A stretch of 64,000 nucleotides of DNA, taken from the NCBI GenBank assembly GCA_026988525.1, contig JALSLC010000006.1, positions 123 to 64,122 on the forward strand, given 5' to 3'. The notes beneath the pieces were generated by a model. It searched no databases. It was not told where the DNA came from and saw only the letters and a program-made list of their open reading frames with translations. This DNA comes from Archaeoglobaceae archaeon (GTDB lineage Archaea > Halobacteriota > Archaeoglobi > Archaeoglobales > Archaeoglobaceae). Of this stretch, positions 60,808 to 64,000 are shown one piece after another (within the stretch, counting starts at the first letter, position 1; the number at the start of each line of letters is the position of its first letter). The position numbers and the translations under genes are program-made.

Positions 60808-62096
60808 TCACCCACTCTAATTAGCCTCTTAGCCTTACCCTTAGTTCTCTCAATACTCCCATGATTTAGTGCAACTAATTTTGGTTTGAAACCAAGAAAC
60901 TCTTTTATGTCTTTTAAAATTGGACCTATGAGATTTTCATCCCCCTCAAATTTTACTACAATTCCATTCCCAACTTCTATTTGATAGTGTTTAATTCCAT
61001 AACTTGCTAAAATAGATTCTACATCCGATGGATAGAATTTAACTCCCTTGTATATTACCATATCATCAGTTCTACCTTTTATCCTTTTTATTGTCATATG
61101 TTCTATTCCGCATTCACAAGCATCTCTACTAACAATAGAACTAATTTCTCCACTTCTATATCTGATTAAAGGCATAGCTTCTCTTGTCAATGAAGTATAA
61201 ACCAACTCACCTTCCTCCCCCTCATCCAAAACTTCACCAGTTTCTGGATCTACAACTTCAACTATGTAATTGTCTTCCCACACATGCAAACCATTTCTTT
61301 CTCTACACTCAAATCCTGTTGTTCCTACTCCCCCCATTTCTGTAAGCCCAGGAATATCATAAGCTTTTGCTCCAAAGGATTCTTCTATGTGCTTTCTCAT
61401 CTCCTCGGTCCATGGTTCTGCTCCAAGCAATAGCTTAGAGATAGGCAATTCTCTTAAGTTTACCCCCATTTCTTCCGCTACCTCAGCAATTCTAAGTGGA
61501 TAACTTGCAGTTGCACATAGAACAGTTGTACCAAAATCAATCATAAATTTAATTTGATTTCTTGTGTTTCCAGCACCCAAAGGTATTACAAAAGCATCTA
61601 TAGCATCAGCAGCAAAGTGAAAACCAAAACCACCATTCCAGAGACCAAAAGCAGGAGTTATTTGAATTACATCTTTGGAAGTTATTCCCGCAATGTAAAA
61701 AGCTCTAAGCATTAATTCTTTCCACTTTTCCACATCTCCCCTAGTGTATGGTATTATCACAGGTTTACCTGTAGTTCCACCACTCATTTGAACTCTAACT
61801 ATCTCATCCTTAGAAACACAGCACATTTTTAAAGGATAATTGTCTCTTAACTCTTGCTTAACTGTAAAAGGTAACTTAGATATATCCTCTACACTATTTA
61901 TTTTATCAACATCTATGTTGCATTCCCTGAATTTTCTACGATAAAAAGGGCTTCTCCAAAAAGCATACTTTACTATTGCTCTAAATCTTCGATTTTTTAT
62001 TTCATCTATCTCTTTTCTCGATAAGTACACACCCTTCTTTGCAATTTCCATCAAGTTTGTATTGGATATACTTGACTTGAGCATATTACCACCCAT
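60804..62096 (-). CDS. phenylacetate-CoA ligase / coenzyme F390 synthetase family adenylating enzyme
   Basis: 'SGGTTGKPV', 'GLTEMGG', 'YRSGEI', and the C-terminal small domain. 430 aa. Confidence 0.85.
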   Translation of the reverse strand: MGGNMLKSSISNTNLMEIAKKGVYLSRKEIDEIKNRRFRAIVKYAFWRSPFYRRKFRECNIDVDKINSVEDISKLPFTVKQELRDNYPLKMCCVSKDEIVRVQMSGGTTGKPVIIPYTRGDVEKWKELMLRAFYIAGITSKDVIQITPAFGLWNGGFGFHFAADAIDAFVIPLGAGNTRNQIKFMIDFGTTVLCATASYPLRIAEVAEEMGVNLRELPISKLLLGAEPWTEEMRKHIEESFGAKAYDIPGLTEMGGVGTTGFECRERNGLHVWEDNYIVEVVDPETGEVLDEGEEGELVYTSLTREAMPLIRYRSGEISSIVSRDACECGIEHMTIKRIKGRTDDMVIYKGVKFYPSDVESILASYGIKHYQIEVGNGIVVKFEGDENLIGPILKDIKEFLGFKPKLVALNHGSIERTKGKAKRLIRVGD

Positions 62097-62301
62097 GGAG
62101 CATAGTATATACAGTATATAATCTTTCCTAAATTAGATGAATATTCCTCTAAAAAAAGAATAATCAACAAATTTTCTAAATTTTCAAAATATATGGGAAT
62201 AACGATCAATGATACAAAAGAAATATATTTTTGAATACGATTGAAATCCAGAATATTTTTGAATAATATTTTAAAACTAAATCAAAATGCATTACTTCAT
62301 C

Positions 62302-63402
62302 TTAAAAATATCTAAGTATGTTGTATAGAGTATCTCTTTTAGCTGGTTTTCTACCACACCTTTTTATTAATTCAACCATTTCTTCAACAGTAAGTTTCTC
62401 ACCAGATATAGATCCTGCAGCCTTAGATATATGCTCTTCCATAAGTGTTCCGCCCATATCATTTGCTCCAGTAAATAGTGCAGCCTGAGATAACTTCAAT
62501 CCAAATTTAACCCACGAAGATTGAATATTTTCAATAGATCCATAGAGTAAAATCCTAGAAACCGAAATAACAATTAAATCTTCAAATCCAGAACATCCTT
62601 TAACCATCTTTCCAAGTTCGTTGTTTTTCCACAAAAAAGTAAGAGGTATAAATTCAGTAAATCCTCTTGTTTCGTTTTGAAGTTTCCTTATAAGCAAAAT
62701 ATGTTCTATTCTCTCTTTCCAGCCCTCAAGATGCCCGTACATCATCGTTGCTGTTGTTGGAATTTTTAGTTCGTGAGCTGTTTTTACAACTTCAAACCAC
62801 TCCATAGTGCTCAGTTTTTCAGGACATATTTTTTTTCTTATATTTTCATTAAATATTTCAGCTGCCGTTCCGGGCATTGAATTAAGACCAGCTTTTTTTA
62901 GCTCTTTTAAAACATCCTCAACTTCACATTGACTGTTTTTCGAAGCGTGAAGTATTTCCATAGGTGAGAAAGCATGAATATGTATTTTCTTAGATACTTT
63001 TTTTACAGCCTTTATAATTGAAGAATAATACTCCAAATCAGCATTTGGAATCAATCCACCCTGAATACAAACCTCACTACAACCAAAATCAATAGCTTCT
63101 TTAACTTTTTTTTCTATTTCATCAAGATTTAAAATAAATTTCCTATTATTTCTAAAAGAGCAAAATTTACAGTGATTTATACAGATGTCTGTAAAGTTTA
63201 TATTTCTATTTACTACGAAAGTTACAACATCACCACACACTTCTTTTCTAAGTTCATCTGCAATTTTCATCAAAGTATAAGGATCCTTAATAATTTTTAA
63301 AAAATTAATAACATATTTTTCAAGATTTTCACTATTAATCAAATTTTCAACAGAAATATCTAAACTATCAAATTCATCCAACAGTTTTTGTATTTTTTTC
63401 AT
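62302..63402 (-). CDS. cofH: FO (7,8-didemethyl-8-hydroxy-5-deazariboflavin) synthase subunit CofH
   Basis: Radical-SAM 'CINHCKFCSF', 'CIQGGL', 'GTAAEIF', 'TATMMYGH'. Overlaps the cofG-like gene by 4 nt. The MqnC/E alternative is not excluded. Confidence 0.7.
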   Translation of the reverse strand: MKKIQKLLDEFDSLDISVENLINSENLEKYVINFLKIIKDPYTLMKIADELRKEVCGDVVTFVVNRNINFTDICINHCKFCSFRNNRKFILNLDEIEKKVKEAIDFGCSEVCIQGGLIPNADLEYYSSIIKAVKKVSKKIHIHAFSPMEILHASKNSQCEVEDVLKELKKAGLNSMPGTAAEIFNENIRKKICPEKLSTMEWFEVVKTAHELKIPTTATMMYGHLEGWKERIEHILLIRKLQNETRGFTEFIPLTFLWKNNELGKMVKGCSGFEDLIVISVSRILLYGSIENIQSSWVKFGLKLSQAALFTGANDMGGTLMEEHISKAAGSISGEKLTVEEMVELIKRCGRKPAKRDTLYNILRYF

Positions 63403-64000
63403 TTCAATCCTCTCCGAAGTACTAATTTTTCTGTCATTTTTCCATAAACACCTCTACTAATGAATTCATCATAAACTGGAAGTCTTTCAACTAATTTTAC
63501 ACCATTTTCTGCTAAAAATAACTTAAGTTTAGAAATTGAAGGCCAAGGATTGTTGGGATTAACATAATCAGGAGTTATAGGGGATATACCTCCTAAATCA
63601 TTTGCCCCGGCTTTTATTAAAGCTAATACCTCTCCCAAGGAAAAAAGATTTGGTGGTATTTGTACGTGATTAAACATTTTGCTCGCAACTTTGACTATCT
63701 TTTTTATTTCTTCAAACTTAACCATTCTTCTCCCTCGTAAAACCAAAGGTTGTACTATAATTTCCTGTATATGGTTGTAATTATTATTTATATCAGCAAG
63801 AACTTCAAGAGAGTAAAGTCTATCATATTCACTTTCACCAATTCCAAGAAGTATCCCTGTCGTAAATGGTATTTCAAGTTTGCCTGCTCTCTCTATTGTT
63901 TTTATTCTTACTTTGGGATCTTTTCCAGGACTGTTGATGTGACATTCCAATTCTACAGCCTGCTCAAGCATTAGACCCATACTTCCATTAAGTGGCTTTA
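63399..64000 (-). CDS. cofG: FO synthase subunit CofG (C-terminal part; gene runs off the right edge)
   Basis: 'GILLGIGES', 'IIVQPL', 'GANDLGGISPITPDYVNPNNPWP'. The frame stays open upstream of the listed Met to position 64000. Confidence 0.7.
   Translation of the reverse strand, partial: KPLNGSMGLMLEQAVELECHINSPGKDPKVRIKTIERAGKLEIPFTTGILLGIGESEYDRLYSLEVLADINNNYNHIQEIIVQPLVLRGRRMVKFEEIKKIVKVASKMFNHVQIPPNLFSLGEVLALIKAGANDLGGISPITPDYVNPNNPWPSISKLKLFLAENGVKLVERLPVYDEFISRGVYGKMTEKLVLRRGLK

Overview
Gene-dense, AT-rich (mid-30s % GC by eye) chromosomal window from an archaeon. It is most consistent with an Archaeoglobi-like sulfite/sulfate-reducing euryarchaeon. Supporting gene sets: (1) archaeal information-processing genes: family-B DNA polymerase, Orc1/Cdc6 with an upstream ORB box, Mre11-Rad50, Alba, Sec61-beta, one C/D-box sRNA, GatD, Rio2, Cdc48, LonB, TIP49; (2) ether-lipid genes: GGGP synthase, DGGGP synthase, geranylgeranyl reductase plus ferredoxin; (3) F420/methanopterin genes: Mer, CofG/CofH; (4) a dsrA-dsrB-dsrD-ferredoxin cluster with a divergent siroheme methyltransferase. 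I saw no rRNA, tRNA, CRISPR array, transposase, integrase or intein, so this is core genome rather than an accessory island. The most unusual content is a divergent hydG-like / hydA-like pair at 55.7-59.5 kb. This is a bacterial-type [FeFe]-hydrogenase catalytic subunit next to only one of its three maturases, and both proteins carry displaced or lost metal-cluster cysteines. Other points worth a second look: two tandem pentaheme c-type cytochromes; ccmC plus an unlisted 37-aa membrane ORF inside the dsr gene string; a Rad50 whose zinc hook is CX6C rather than CXXC; three small features missing from the ORF track (Sec61-beta, a 51-aa symporter-associated peptide, a C/D sRNA); and a glutamine amidotransferase whose conserved N-terminus has no canonical start codon. 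All functional calls come from motif recognition and remembered family signatures, not from database searches.
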